Source of the DNA: Promethearchaeota archaeon | Lineage (GTDB): Archaea; Asgardarchaeota; Lokiarchaeia; Sigyniarchaeales; SOKP01 | Direction: 5' to 3' | Assembly (NCBI GenBank): GCA_019058015.1 | Contig: JAHLWH010000019.1 | Coordinates: forward strand, 1 to 37,758 | Length of the DNA stretch: 37,758 nt | Shown: positions 9,896 to 18,643 of the stretch, in pieces | Layout: each line of letters begins with the position of its first letter | How positions within the stretch are numbered: the stretch's first letter is position 1 | The notes under the pieces: generated by a model | What the model was told of the DNA's origin: nothing | Databases searched by the model: none | What the model saw: the letters and a program-made list of their open reading frames with translations, nothing else | Position numbers and translations under genes: made by a program

Positions 9896-11020
9896 TTATC
9901 CAGAATAATTATTCTGAATTACATGTTCTAAGCCTTCTATTATGCTCTTAGTTCCTTTTGTTTGATAAATTTCCATTAAGTCTTCAATATTAGCAGTTTT
10001 TCCCATTTTTGCAGATAAATAACCAAGAAGTATAGTGGAGATTGCCGATCTCGCTTGTTCAGGAGTAAATTCAGGCTCTTTATCTTCTAGAATACAATTA
10101 ATGAAATGTGAATCTTCAATTCGAGAAGAAATTTCATAATATTTAGGATAAGGTCCATGTTCAATTTTAGGTTCATACCAAATTCCAGAGTTTTTTCTGA
10201 AATCTTCATGAGTTGAATTAATTTTAACTGGATTTTTCCAAGCATGATTTTCTAAAATTGTTCCTTTTGTTCCATATATTTCTAAACTATTAGTTGGAGG
10301 AGTAACAACACAAAAGCTAACGACTGTTTCTGCGATTACTTTATTTTTATATTTTAAAAAAATCATTGCATTATCTTCTGCTTTTTCATTAAGGCTCGTA
10401 CATTGTTTTGTTAACCAGCAATAAGCAGATTCTACTTCATCATTCAATATCCAATTCATTGTAGCAAATTTATGAGCTCCCATATCCATTAAGCAACCTC
10501 CACCAGCCATAATTAGATGACCTTTCCAAGATTTAGGATCTAAAAGTGCTGGAATTTCATTAACGCCTTCATAAGAACGAACCAAAAACACATTTCCAAT
10601 CAATCCGTTCTGAACTGCTTCCATTATATATTTATGAGCAGGTAAAAATCTATGGTTCTCTGCAATCATAAATTTAACACTTGCTTTTTTAGTCGCCTTA
10701 ATCATTTTGTCACAACCTTCTAATGTTGTAGCCATTGGTTTTTCACAAAGAATATGTTTTCCAGCTTCAGCAGCAGTTATTACCATTTTTTCGTGAAGAT
10801 AGTGCGGCATCATTAAAAGAATTGCATCAATATCGCTATTAAGAAATTTTTCATAAGTTGGGAATGCAGTTAATTTAAATTTTTTAGCGTTTATTTTCGA
10901 TTTCTTCTTATCAGCGTCATAAATTGACATTAATTTAATTTTCGGGTTGCTTTTACAAGCATTACTATGAATTCTCCATGCTTCACCACATCCAACAATA
11001 CCTAATTTAACAAAATCCAT
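9896..11020 (-). CDS. Gfo/Idh/MocA-family oxidoreductase (copy 2)
   Basis: GIVGCG, GKHILCEKP, GGGCLMDMGAH; paralog of 5197..6330, start MDFVK chosen by alignment. Confidence 0.92.
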   Translation of the reverse strand: MDFVKLGIVGCGEAWRIHSNACKSNPKIKLMSIYDADKKKSKINAKKFKLTAFPTYEKFLNSDIDAILLMMPHYLHEKMVITAAEAGKHILCEKPMATTLEGCDKMIKATKKASVKFMIAENHRFLPAHKYIMEAVQNGLIGNVFLVRSYEGVNEIPALLDPKSWKGHLIMAGGGCLMDMGAHKFATMNWILNDEVESAYCWLTKQCTSLNEKAEDNAMIFLKYKNKVIAETVVSFCVVTPPTNSLEIYGTKGTILENHAWKNPVKINSTHEDFRKNSGIWYEPKIEHGPYPKYYEISSRIEDSHFINCILEDKEPEFTPEQARSAISTILLGYLSAKMGKTANIEDLMEIYQTKGTKSIIEGLEHVIQNNYSG

Positions 11021-11095
11021 AATATTTTCCTTTAAAAACATTCATATTCAAAAATAAATTTAATTAAAAATTATTTCTAGTTTTATAGTATCTCT

Positions 11096-11842
11096 TTAAA
11101 TTATCATGCCACCATCAACAGACAGGCTTATTCCAGTGCAAAATTCATTGAGAACAAGAAATAACACACCCTTCGCAATTTCTTCGGGTTTTCCTAGCCT
11201 TCCTAAAGGTTGGCGTGCAATGAATTGGCGTCTTGCTTCTTCAGGATCATCAAATTTTGCTAATCGTTTAGCCAGAGAAGAAGTATCAGTTGTACCTGGG
11301 CAAATACAATTTACTCTTATTCGATCTTCGATATAATCAATAGCCATGGCTCTCGTCATGGATAATACTGCACCTTTAGATGCGGTGTATGCAGCTCTTT
11401 CCTTGACTCCTTTTAATGCAACGGATGAAGCATTATTTACTATTGTTCCTTTAGTTTTTTTTAAATAAGGAATAGCATATTTCGATATTAAATAAATCCC
11501 ACGTACATTTACAGCCATTGTTTTATCCCAATCTTCAGTAGAAATATTGTCTATTCTCCCTGGAAGTACAATACCTGCATTATTAAAAAGAATATCAATT
11601 TTTCCATATTTTTCAATTGTTTTTATTATAATTCTCTTAGCATCTTCTTCTTTCGAAACATCCCCTTGAATAAAAATAGCATCACCACCCGAACTTTTAA
11701 TGGTATTCACAACTTTTAAAGAAGACTCAGATAAAGAGTTGCAACAAACTTTGGATCCTTCTTTAGCAAATAAGACAGCTGTTGCCCTTCCAATGCCCGC
11801 TCCCGCTCCAGTAATAATAGATACTTTTCCTTCCAATTTCAT
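11096..11842 (-). CDS. SDR oxidoreductase, BDH2/2-keto-3-deoxy-sugar-acid dehydrogenase-like
   Basis: TGAGAGIG, NNAG, YTASK; CPGTTDT-x-SL-x2-R...FIARQPLGRLG resembles BDH2/DHRS6-type SDRs; GGAGG Shine-Dalgarno. Confidence 0.88.
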   Translation of the reverse strand: MKLEGKVSIITGAGAGIGRATAVLFAKEGSKVCCNSLSESSLKVVNTIKSSGGDAIFIQGDVSKEEDAKRIIIKTIEKYGKIDILFNNAGIVLPGRIDNISTEDWDKTMAVNVRGIYLISKYAIPYLKKTKGTIVNNASSVALKGVKERAAYTASKGAVLSMTRAMAIDYIEDRIRVNCICPGTTDTSSLAKRLAKFDDPEEARRQFIARQPLGRLGKPEEIAKGVLFLVLNEFCTGISLSVDGGMII

Positions 11843-11874
11843 TATTTTCCCTCCTGTTATTAAAAATAGATTAA

Positions 11875-12672
11875 TTATAACTCAATAATTTTTCGCGCTT
11901 CAGAAGGATCAGCTACATCACGGCCCATTTCTTTACAAATTCTCACCATTCGAGCTACTAATTCCGCATTATTTTTTGCGGGAACTTCTTTCCTTATGAA
12001 AGGATAATCTTCAGTTCCAACACGAACATTCCCACCATGTGAAATAGCTAAGGTGGCGATTTTTGTTTGTTTTTCTCCCATAACACTAATAGTATGTAAG
12101 CAATTTTCTGGCATATATTTTATCCGATGTAAATATTCATCAGCTGTAGGAGGAGACCATGTGCCGCCAGCCCAGTTAAAAAATAATGTTAAGACATGAG
12201 GACTTTCAATTAAACCTTTCTCTATTAAATAGTTCAAATTCCAATATGATCCCGTGTGCCATACTTCCCACTCAGGTTTAATGTTAAACTCTCTACATTT
12301 TATACAATATTCTTCCAATTCTTCTAGAGAGTGAATTCGATTCAAGTTCACTTGGGTAAAATGTTCATCATGATGATTCAATATAATAGAAAGCATATCT
12401 GGTCTTGCTTCAAAATCTCCTTTTCTATCAGGGATAATATCACTAGACATACCTCCTTGAATTATTACATCACATTGTTCTCTAATTTTATTTACAATTT
12501 CAACCTCTTCTCCTCTAGGAAGATGTACATGAGCTATAGCAGCACCTGCCTCATAGCATTCTACTACATCTTGGATTAATGCATCAGTAGTTTCAGCCCA
12601 ATTTTTAACGTTTGGATAAATCCAAGAATTTGCAGTTGTAGCAGTTAAAATTAATTTTTCATATTCTTTCAT
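11875..12672 (-). CDS. Beta-keto acid cleavage enzyme (BKACE / DUF849 / Kce family)
   Basis: AGAAIAHVH Zn ligands, IKPEWEV, GGNVRVGTED; start ATG 12672 after GGGTGAT. Confidence 0.88.
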   Translation of the reverse strand: MKEYEKLILTATTANSWIYPNVKNWAETTDALIQDVVECYEAGAAIAHVHLPRGEEVEIVNKIREQCDVIIQGGMSSDIIPDRKGDFEARPDMLSIILNHHDEHFTQVNLNRIHSLEELEEYCIKCREFNIKPEWEVWHTGSYWNLNYLIEKGLIESPHVLTLFFNWAGGTWSPPTADEYLHRIKYMPENCLHTISVMGEKQTKIATLAISHGGNVRVGTEDYPFIRKEVPAKNNAELVARMVRICKEMGRDVADPSEARKIIEL

Positions 12673-12679
12673 TACTTTA

Positions 12680-13363
12680 TCACCCAATTTTTTGTTTTTT
12701 GAATTTTTTAATTAATGCTAATGTTCTAGCTATATTTCCTTCGATTTTTTCCCAATTTTCGGATTCAATATACTCTTTCGTTATTAATTTAGAGCCAATA
12801 CCAAGTGCAATGACTCCTGCATCAAACCATGCAATAATATTTTCTTCGTTTATATCAACTCCTCCAGTTGGCATTAATTTTAGCCAAGGCATTGGTGCTA
12901 ATATGGCTTTAGCAAATTTTGGGCCACCTAATTCACCAGCTGGAAAAATTTTAATTATTTCACATCCCAACTCCTCTGCTTTTGATATTTCAGAAGGTGT
13001 TCCGCAACCTGGACAATAGGGAATTCTTCTTCTATTACAAAGTTTGGCGATAGATGGATTTAATAATGGACCTACTACAAAGCTGGCTCCGTTGTTAATA
13101 TAAAGAGCAGCAGTATAAGGTTCAATAACCGATCCAACTCCAAAAATTAACTGTGGTTTTTCTTTTTCAAAATATTTAACAAGTTTTGTGAAAACATCAT
13201 AAGCAAAATCACCTCTATTTGTAAATTCAACAATCTTCCCACCACCTTTTGCAATACTCTCAACTATTTTTCGAGCAATGTCAAAATTCTTATTATAAAA
13301 TACTGGTACAAGACCTTGCTCAACAATTGTGTTATATACTTCCAAACTTGAAAATCTTGCCAA
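12680..13363 (-). CDS. eda: KDPG/KHG aldolase
   Basis: EFTNRG, GVGSV, PGCGTPSEI, Schiff-base KIFP, MPTGGV; TTG start. Confidence 0.9.
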   Translation of the reverse strand: MARFSSLEVYNTIVEQGLVPVFYNKNFDIARKIVESIAKGGGKIVEFTNRGDFAYDVFTKLVKYFEKEKPQLIFGVGSVIEPYTAALYINNGASFVVGPLLNPSIAKLCNRRRIPYCPGCGTPSEISKAEELGCEIIKIFPAGELGGPKFAKAILAPMPWLKLMPTGGVDINEENIIAWFDAGVIALGIGSKLITKEYIESENWEKIEGNIARTLALIKKFKKQKIG

Positions 13364-13385
13364 AATTAATCACATTTTTAATTAA

Positions 13386-14423
13386 TTATCTAGAGACACG
13401 CCCAGAAGTGTCTCCTCCCATCAATTTAAGAACTTCATCAATAGACACTAAATTAAAATCTCCATATATTGTATGTTTTAAACATGACGCTGATACTGCA
13501 AAATTTAATATTTTTTGATAATCATCTTTATACTTTAGAAATCCAAAGATTATACCTGCAGCGAAGGAATCGCCTCCACCAACTCGGTCTACTATTTGAG
13601 TTATGTCATATTTTGGTCCAATATATAATCTGTCTCCATTAAAAAGACCACCTGACCAAGTATTATGACTCGCAGATATTGAACCTCGTAAAGTTATTGC
13701 TATATTTTTCAAATTTGGAAATTTTTTCATCAATTGTTCTCCTACAAATTTATATTTTTGTGCATTTATTTTCCCAGAGGATATGTCAGTTTCTGGTGTC
13801 TTAATACTAAAGACTTTATCTGCATCCTCTTCATTCCCAATTGCAAGGTCGCAGTAATTAACAAGTTCTGACATAATATCAGATGGTTTTTTTCCATATT
13901 TCCATAATTTACTTCTATAATTTAAATCACAAGAAATAAAAACTCCTTTATTTTTTGCTACTTTTACTGCTTCGAGACAAATATCTGCTAAATTTTGTGA
14001 AATTGCTGGAGTAATCCCTGTCCAATGAAACCAATTTATTTCTTCAAAAATTTTATCCCATTCAAACATACCAATTTTAGCAGTTGAAATAGATGAATTC
14101 GCTCGATCATAAATCACCTTACTTCCTCGGGTTGAGGCTCCTTTCTCAAGATAATATATACCAAGCCGATCTCCACCCCTTATAATTTTATTAGTATTAA
14201 CACCATACTGACGTAAAAATTGAATACATGCATCTCCAATTTCATTTTGAGGCAATCTTGTCACATAATATACGGGGATGCCAAAATTCGCCAATGATAC
14301 AGCTACATTAGCTTCTCCTCCGCCATAGATTACTTCAAATGATCTAGCTTGTATAAAACGCAAATAACTTGGAGGTGAAAGTCTAAGCATTATTTCTCCA
14401 AAAGTAACAACTTTTTCATTCAC
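13386..14423 (-). CDS. kdgK: 2-keto-3-deoxygluconate kinase-like PfkB sugar kinase
   Basis: FGEIMLRLSP, GGGEANVA, DLNYR-x2-LW, DRVGGGDSF; adjacent to eda; GTG start. Confidence 0.85.
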   Translation of the reverse strand: MNEKVVTFGEIMLRLSPPSYLRFIQARSFEVIYGGGEANVAVSLANFGIPVYYVTRLPQNEIGDACIQFLRQYGVNTNKIIRGGDRLGIYYLEKGASTRGSKVIYDRANSSISTAKIGMFEWDKIFEEINWFHWTGITPAISQNLADICLEAVKVAKNKGVFISCDLNYRSKLWKYGKKPSDIMSELVNYCDLAIGNEEDADKVFSIKTPETDISSGKINAQKYKFVGEQLMKKFPNLKNIAITLRGSISASHNTWSGGLFNGDRLYIGPKYDITQIVDRVGGGDSFAAGIIFGFLKYKDDYQKILNFAVSASCLKHTIYGDFNLVSIDEVLKLMGGDTSGRVSR

Positions 14424-14505
14424 ATTAATTCTCTCTTTGATGGTTTGATCTTTAAATTAATGGTTTTTTTAAATTGCTTTAATATATTTTAATGACATTT
14501 TGAAA

Positions 14506-14519
14506 TATTAAATCCTTTT
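14506..14519 (-). promoter_or_regulatory. Putative archaeal BRE/TATA promoter of the kdgK-eda-BKACE-SDR operon
   Basis: Minus strand AAAAGGATTTAATA about 83 nt upstream of kdgK; the same 13-mer recurs at 22343..22355 upstream of another minus-strand gene. Confidence 0.45.
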
Positions 14520-14807
14520 ATTTAAATTTTTAATAAAAGATAAAAAAAGTAAAAATGATCGATTCTATCTTACATTAACTTAACAAAATTAACAGTATGA
14601 ACGTAATAACGGTATCTTCTGATTCTTTTGCTATCCTTAAAAATTCATTTGCTTTATATTGCTTAAATCCTTTTTACAAATAAAATTTTTAAAATATTCT
14701 TAAATAGAAATATAAAATAATGAAGGAAAACAAATACTCATTTTTGATATATTAAAAAAAAAAAAACAATAAAATAAGAAATATAAAAATTAAATTTTTC
14801 CAAAAAA

Positions 14808-15086
14808 TTAAGAATCTAATTGCTTTTGGAGATCAATATAAATCGGAATTTCTTTCCCTTTCTCTTCTACAACTACCTTTAATAATCCATCCTCAATGGC
14901 TGTACTAATTGGAACAATAGGGGCTTTTTTCTTTTCAGATTTCGTTCCCTTTGCGAGCATTCCCTTATTAGCTAAACAGGTATGCTCTTCATCATAAAGG
15001 TAACATTTTGAACAACAGAATCCAACAGGCATATGTCCTACTATTGAACATTTATCGTAATTATCACAATTACAATTATTACACAT
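14808..15086 (-). CDS. Small Cys-rich protein (8 Cys in the first 37 aa) with charged C-terminal extension; unknown function
   Basis: MCNNCNCDNYDKCSIVGHMPVGFCCSKC; GAGGAG Shine-Dalgarno; tandem paralog immediately upstream. Confidence 0.8.
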   Translation of the reverse strand: MCNNCNCDNYDKCSIVGHMPVGFCCSKCYLYDEEHTCLANKGMLAKGTKSEKKKAPIVPISTAIEDGLLKVVVEEKGKEIPIYIDLQKQLDS

Positions 15087-15172
15087 TTTTTTTACTCCTC
15101 TTTTACTTATGATGAATTTCTCTTATTTTTTCTGTTCCTTTAGTACGTATTTCCCTGCTCAAGATAAATTGT

Positions 15173-15343
15173 TTAAGACTCGAAAATGTCTAGAAATTGA
15201 TCTACTGTTTTCTCGATTCCTCTTGAACATTTCGAAGGAAGTGTTGCATCGTAACAAACGCATAAGTTGCAACAAAATCCATAAGGTTGGTAACCGACTA
15301 CGGAACATTTTTCTTGATTTTCACAATAACAATTATTACACAT
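15173..15343 (-). CDS. 56-aa Cys-rich microprotein, paralog of 14808..15086 (missed by ORF track)
   Basis: Manual translation MCNNCYCENQEKCSVVGYQPYGFCCNLCVCYDATLPSKCSRGIEKTVDQFLDIFES*; first seven Cys spaced as in the neighbour. Confidence 0.82.
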   Translation of the reverse strand: MCNNCYCENQEKCSVVGYQPYGFCCNLCVCYDATLPSKCSRGIEKTVDQFLDIFES

Positions 15344-15905
15344 TTTTACATCATTTTTAAAATTTTTTTTGTTGTGATATTAAAATCAAAATTTTTCACT
15401 AATGATATATTACGATAAATGAGTATTTAAATATGATCATTTTTTGCAATTTCTTTAAATAAGAATTTCATTCTCCTACTTTTTGTCACTTCTTATTATT
15501 GTCTAAGATCAAAATAAAATATTTCGAATTTATATCTAAATTTAATATTCTGGATCACAAACTTTTAAGAATTCTGATTAATAAATTAATCATTTCTTGT
15601 TAAATTAAGATATCTTCATAATAAAATGATCGAAATAGATCAAATATTAAACATGAATTAAAAGAATTCATAATAAAAATGGAAAATGGCTGTAAGATAA
15701 TATAAAATTTAATGAAAAAATTATAAGGAAATTTAATAAGAGAGAAATGAATACGCAATAAATTGAATATTAATTTTACAATTCCCTCTATCGATTATCA
15801 AATTTAAAATTTCTCCTTAATTTAATAGTCTTTAATGAAGTGATTGTGTGAAAAGTAGAAAATAAATATCAATTAATATGAAAAAAAAGTTAAAAAATCG
15901 AATTT

Positions 15906-16490
15906 TTAATTAAGTTTTTTTAACAGCCAAGCCATATTTTTCCCTAAATTCTCAAAAGTTTTTTTACCTTCTTTATCATCCTCTACTTCACCTGGTTCTA
16001 ATCCGAAACCCATGTTCCAATAGCTTGAACCTGGCACTATCATTTGGTTTATTAAAAAGAAGTAGTTAATTGCGCTCATAACCTGAGTTGCTCCGGCTCT
16101 TCTTACGGCAATAACAGCTGCACCCACTTTTCTTTTAAGCATATCACCATTTACCTTAGCTACTAGCCCTGCTCTGTCAATTAAAGCTTTTATTGGAGCT
16201 GTTACATTACTGAAAAATGTTGGAGACCCCATAATAATTCCATCTGCATCAAGCATCTTAGCAATATATTCGTTCATTTTATCGTCCTCAATACTACACC
16301 TTTTATTTTGATTTTCATCGCAAAGATAACACTCCCTACATTGGCTCAATTTCTCCATACCAATCCAAATTAACTCACACTTAATTTGTTCTTGCTCGAG
16401 CTCGTTCATCACCATTCGAAGGCAGTGATAAGTGTTTCCCTTTTCTCGAGGGCTTCCATTAAACAATACAACCTTTATTGCCTTTTCCAT
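15906..16490 (-). CDS. Iron-sulfur flavoprotein (Isf-like, flavodoxin/NADPH-FMN reductase family)
   Basis: GSPR-x2-GNT, C-x2-C-x2-C-x7-C, GSPTFF, K-x2-IDR. Confidence 0.88.
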   Translation of the reverse strand: MEKAIKVVLFNGSPREKGNTYHCLRMVMNELEQEQIKCELIWIGMEKLSQCRECYLCDENQNKRCSIEDDKMNEYIAKMLDADGIIMGSPTFFSNVTAPIKALIDRAGLVAKVNGDMLKRKVGAAVIAVRRAGATQVMSAINYFFLINQMIVPGSSYWNMGFGLEPGEVEDDKEGKKTFENLGKNMAWLLKKLN

Positions 16491-16620
16491 ATAATCACCT
16501 TTTTCAATTACTTTATTCTATCATAGATAATTAAATTATATTTCGGTTTAAATTTCAAAACAAATTTATTAATGCGAATAATATAAATAATAATACAGCC
16601 ATTTACCTTCTTGAAGAAAT

Positions 16621-16788
16621 ATGACCGATATCTAATTTTCTGTATCTGAGGAATTATTAAAAAGGATGAAAAAATATCCCGAAATTAAATGGGATACTAT
16701 TGTGCAGGCTGCTGTAAAATATTATCTCGAAAAATTAGAAATTGCGGATAATAATAAAGAAATTGAATCGATGACAAAATTATCATGA
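16621..16788 (+). pseudogene. Ribbon-helix-helix/CopG-like antitoxin or regulator interrupted by an in-frame TAA at codon 5
   Basis: MTDI*FSVSEELLKRMKKYPEIKWDTIVQAAVKYYLEKLEIAD...; resembles archaeal antitoxin-like proteins with pattern MxxITxSVxEELxxxMKKxPEIxW; adjoins PIN modules. Confidence 0.6.
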
Positions 16789-16835
16789 GTCATCTGAATC
16801 ATCTTAGAACGCATCAATTGAAAAAAAATTAATAA

Positions 16836-17162
16836 TTATACTACTAAATTTTTTTTATATTTTTTTAAAATTTTTACGATTTCTAATTCCGCTTCGGAGA
16901 TTCTATATTTTAAAGCAATATTTCTTTTTTTAAGTTCATCGATTATTTGCCATATTGATATACCCGCTATTTCCGCTGCTTTTCCCAAAGAAATTTTTTC
17001 ATCTATATAATCTTTAAGAGCATATTCAAGTTTTTCTTGAGCAATACTTTTCCATAATAATCGTCTTATCAATGAAGATTGCTCTTCTTTAAATAAATTT
17101 CGTAAATCATCAATTTCTTTTTTCAAATCATCAGGTATTACAATTGATATTTTATCTCCCAT
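16836..17162 (-). CDS. UPF0175-family putative antitoxin (RHH + HTH)
   Basis: ISIVIPDDL RHH strand; ISLGKAAEIAGIS-x-W HTH; start overlaps the end of the upstream PIN gene. Confidence 0.82.
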   Translation of the reverse strand: MGDKISIVIPDDLKKEIDDLRNLFKEEQSSLIRRLLWKSIAQEKLEYALKDYIDEKISLGKAAEIAGISIWQIIDELKKRNIALKYRISEAELEIVKILKKYKKNLVV

Positions 17163-17649
17163 ATTTTTCACCTTTTTCAATATATTCTTGAAGAATATCT
17201 GCTGATACCCAACTATCTTCAGCATAATTTTTTATATTTGATTTATATTCGAATAAATCAAACTTTTTTGAAATTAATAATTCGAACATCGTCGCAATAG
17301 TAGTTTGGAAGTTAATTCTTAATATTTGCGCAACATTTCGAGCTTTCTTGTCATCAATAATTAGAAGTCTATTCTGTTGTTTTGCTAATTCAAGCGCTTC
17401 TGTTTCACCTTTACCTAAATGTGGATATTGTGATTTTTCAAAATCCTTTAAATTTATCACAATTATTTTTTCCTCATTAATATATTTTTCAATAATATAA
17501 GATTCTGAGTAATTATTTTCTTTACCTTCAATAACCAATTCATTATAAACAGCCTTAGGAATTAAAATCTCATTAAAATGATCGATTACATAACCAATTT
17601 TGCCTAATTTTGTTAAATGAATTAATGGACTTGAATTTGAAATTACCAT
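17152..17649 (-). CDS. PIN-domain protein (DUF3368-type putative toxin)
   Basis: VISNSSPLI, IP-x-AVYNE, LGKGETEAL, IIDDKKAR. Confidence 0.85.
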   Translation of the reverse strand: MVISNSSPLIHLTKLGKIGYVIDHFNEILIPKAVYNELVIEGKENNYSESYIIEKYINEEKIIVINLKDFEKSQYPHLGKGETEALELAKQQNRLLIIDDKKARNVAQILRINFQTTIATMFELLISKKFDLFEYKSNIKNYAEDSWVSADILQEYIEKGEKYGR

Positions 17650-17667
17650 ATTATATTATATGAAATT

Positions 17668-17685
17668 ATCATATAAAAATATGAT
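17668..17685. promoter_or_regulatory. Perfect 7-4-7 inverted repeat overlapping a TATA-like box; putative TA autoregulatory operator
   Basis: ATCATAT-AAAA-ATATGAT, 19-36 nt upstream of the PIN start codon. Confidence 0.5.
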
Positions 17686-17828
17686 TATATAAGAAATCCT
17701 CCCCCATATAATTTTATTTATATTTTATAAAGATATTATGGAAAAAAAAAGATATCCCAATTCTTTCTAATACAGTTAGATTAGCCAAATATTAGATAAT
17801 TTCTCAAAAAACGGGGTTTTAATCCTTT

Positions 17829-17993
17829 TTATTGATTTTTTTGTTTTTTTAAATATTGCACAGTTCGAAAAAGATGTAATTCAAAAAGCATCTCATCATC
17901 AGGAAATTCCATTCTTACTTCTCGAATTATTTTTTCTTTTTCTTCCTCTGATAAATTTAATTCCTTTAACAAAATTTCTATATCATATAACAT
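17829..17993 (-). CDS. Small helical protein, putative antitoxin partner of the upstream PIN gene
   Basis: 54 aa starting 10 nt after the PIN stop with a GAGGG Shine-Dalgarno-like motif; EFPDDEMLFELH. Confidence 0.6.
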   Translation of the reverse strand: MLYDIEILLKELNLSEEEKEKIIREVRMEFPDDEMLFELHLFRTVQYLKKQKNQ

Positions 17994-18003
17994 TTTTATC
18001 CCT

Positions 18004-18456
18004 CTATAATTCTGGTGGAGCAAGAATTTCAATAGATCTATAACCTTCTTTTAAATTAATTAAATTGACTCCAATTCGAGTTTTTCTCTTTACAATATGT
18101 TTAAAATTCCAACTGATTAAAATGTCTATGGAATAAACTGTTGTCAAAGCTATATGTATAGCATCATTTTCATATTTTTTTGGAATAATCCCTTCTTTAA
18201 TGTAAATTTCTGTTAATTCCTTTACTTCTGGTGTAAATTTAATTTTTGTTCCATTTTTCAGAAGGTATTTCAATTTATTTTTTAATTCTTGATTTGTAAT
18301 ACCATTAATTTCATCAAGATTTATATCAGAAAAGAAAAGTTCATAATTTTTTATGAAATTCCAAAAGTTTTCTGTTTGTTTTTGACGATTCAAATTTCTC
18401 TTATCATATAATGCACTATATACCGATGTATCAAGATATATTTTTAATTTCTTCAT
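18004..18456 (-). CDS. PIN-domain (VapC-like) nuclease
   Basis: IYLDTSV, E, DAIHIA, SWNFKH, I-x2-P. Confidence 0.85.
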   Translation of the reverse strand: MKKLKIYLDTSVYSALYDKRNLNRQKQTENFWNFIKNYELFFSDINLDEINGITNQELKNKLKYLLKNGTKIKFTPEVKELTEIYIKEGIIPKKYENDAIHIALTTVYSIDILISWNFKHIVKRKTRIGVNLINLKEGYRSIEILAPPEL

Positions 18457-18643
18457 TTATCTTCTTTTTTTTTTGATAAAAATCTTTAATTTATCTTAAT
18501 ATCTGTTCTCTAACAATGTTAATATTATTTAAATATTAATATTTAACTTGGCCATTGTACTATTATATAATTCCTTCTTTTTATGATATTAAAATTAATC
18601 ATCATGAATTAAGTTGAATAAATATAATATAAATTGACTAACC

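Noticed and set aside
15109-15360. 83-aa plus-strand ORF
   Set aside because: Shadow of the minus-strand Cys-rich gene at 15173..15343, which is supported by paralogy
14552-15632. AAAATGATCG occurring on both sides of the Cys-rich gene pair (near 14552 and 15623), a possible target duplication or operator
   Set aside because: Only about 10 nt, AT-rich, with no mobile-element gene or terminal repeats
15344-15905. Long intergenic region as possible ncRNA or CRISPR array
   Set aside because: No GC-rich stems, regular repeats or tRNA-like motifs seen
18529-18546. Perfect 18-bp palindrome TTAAATATTAATATTTAA between the divergent PIN and HAD genes
   Set aside because: A/T only in a very AT-rich spacer; cannot be separated from chance
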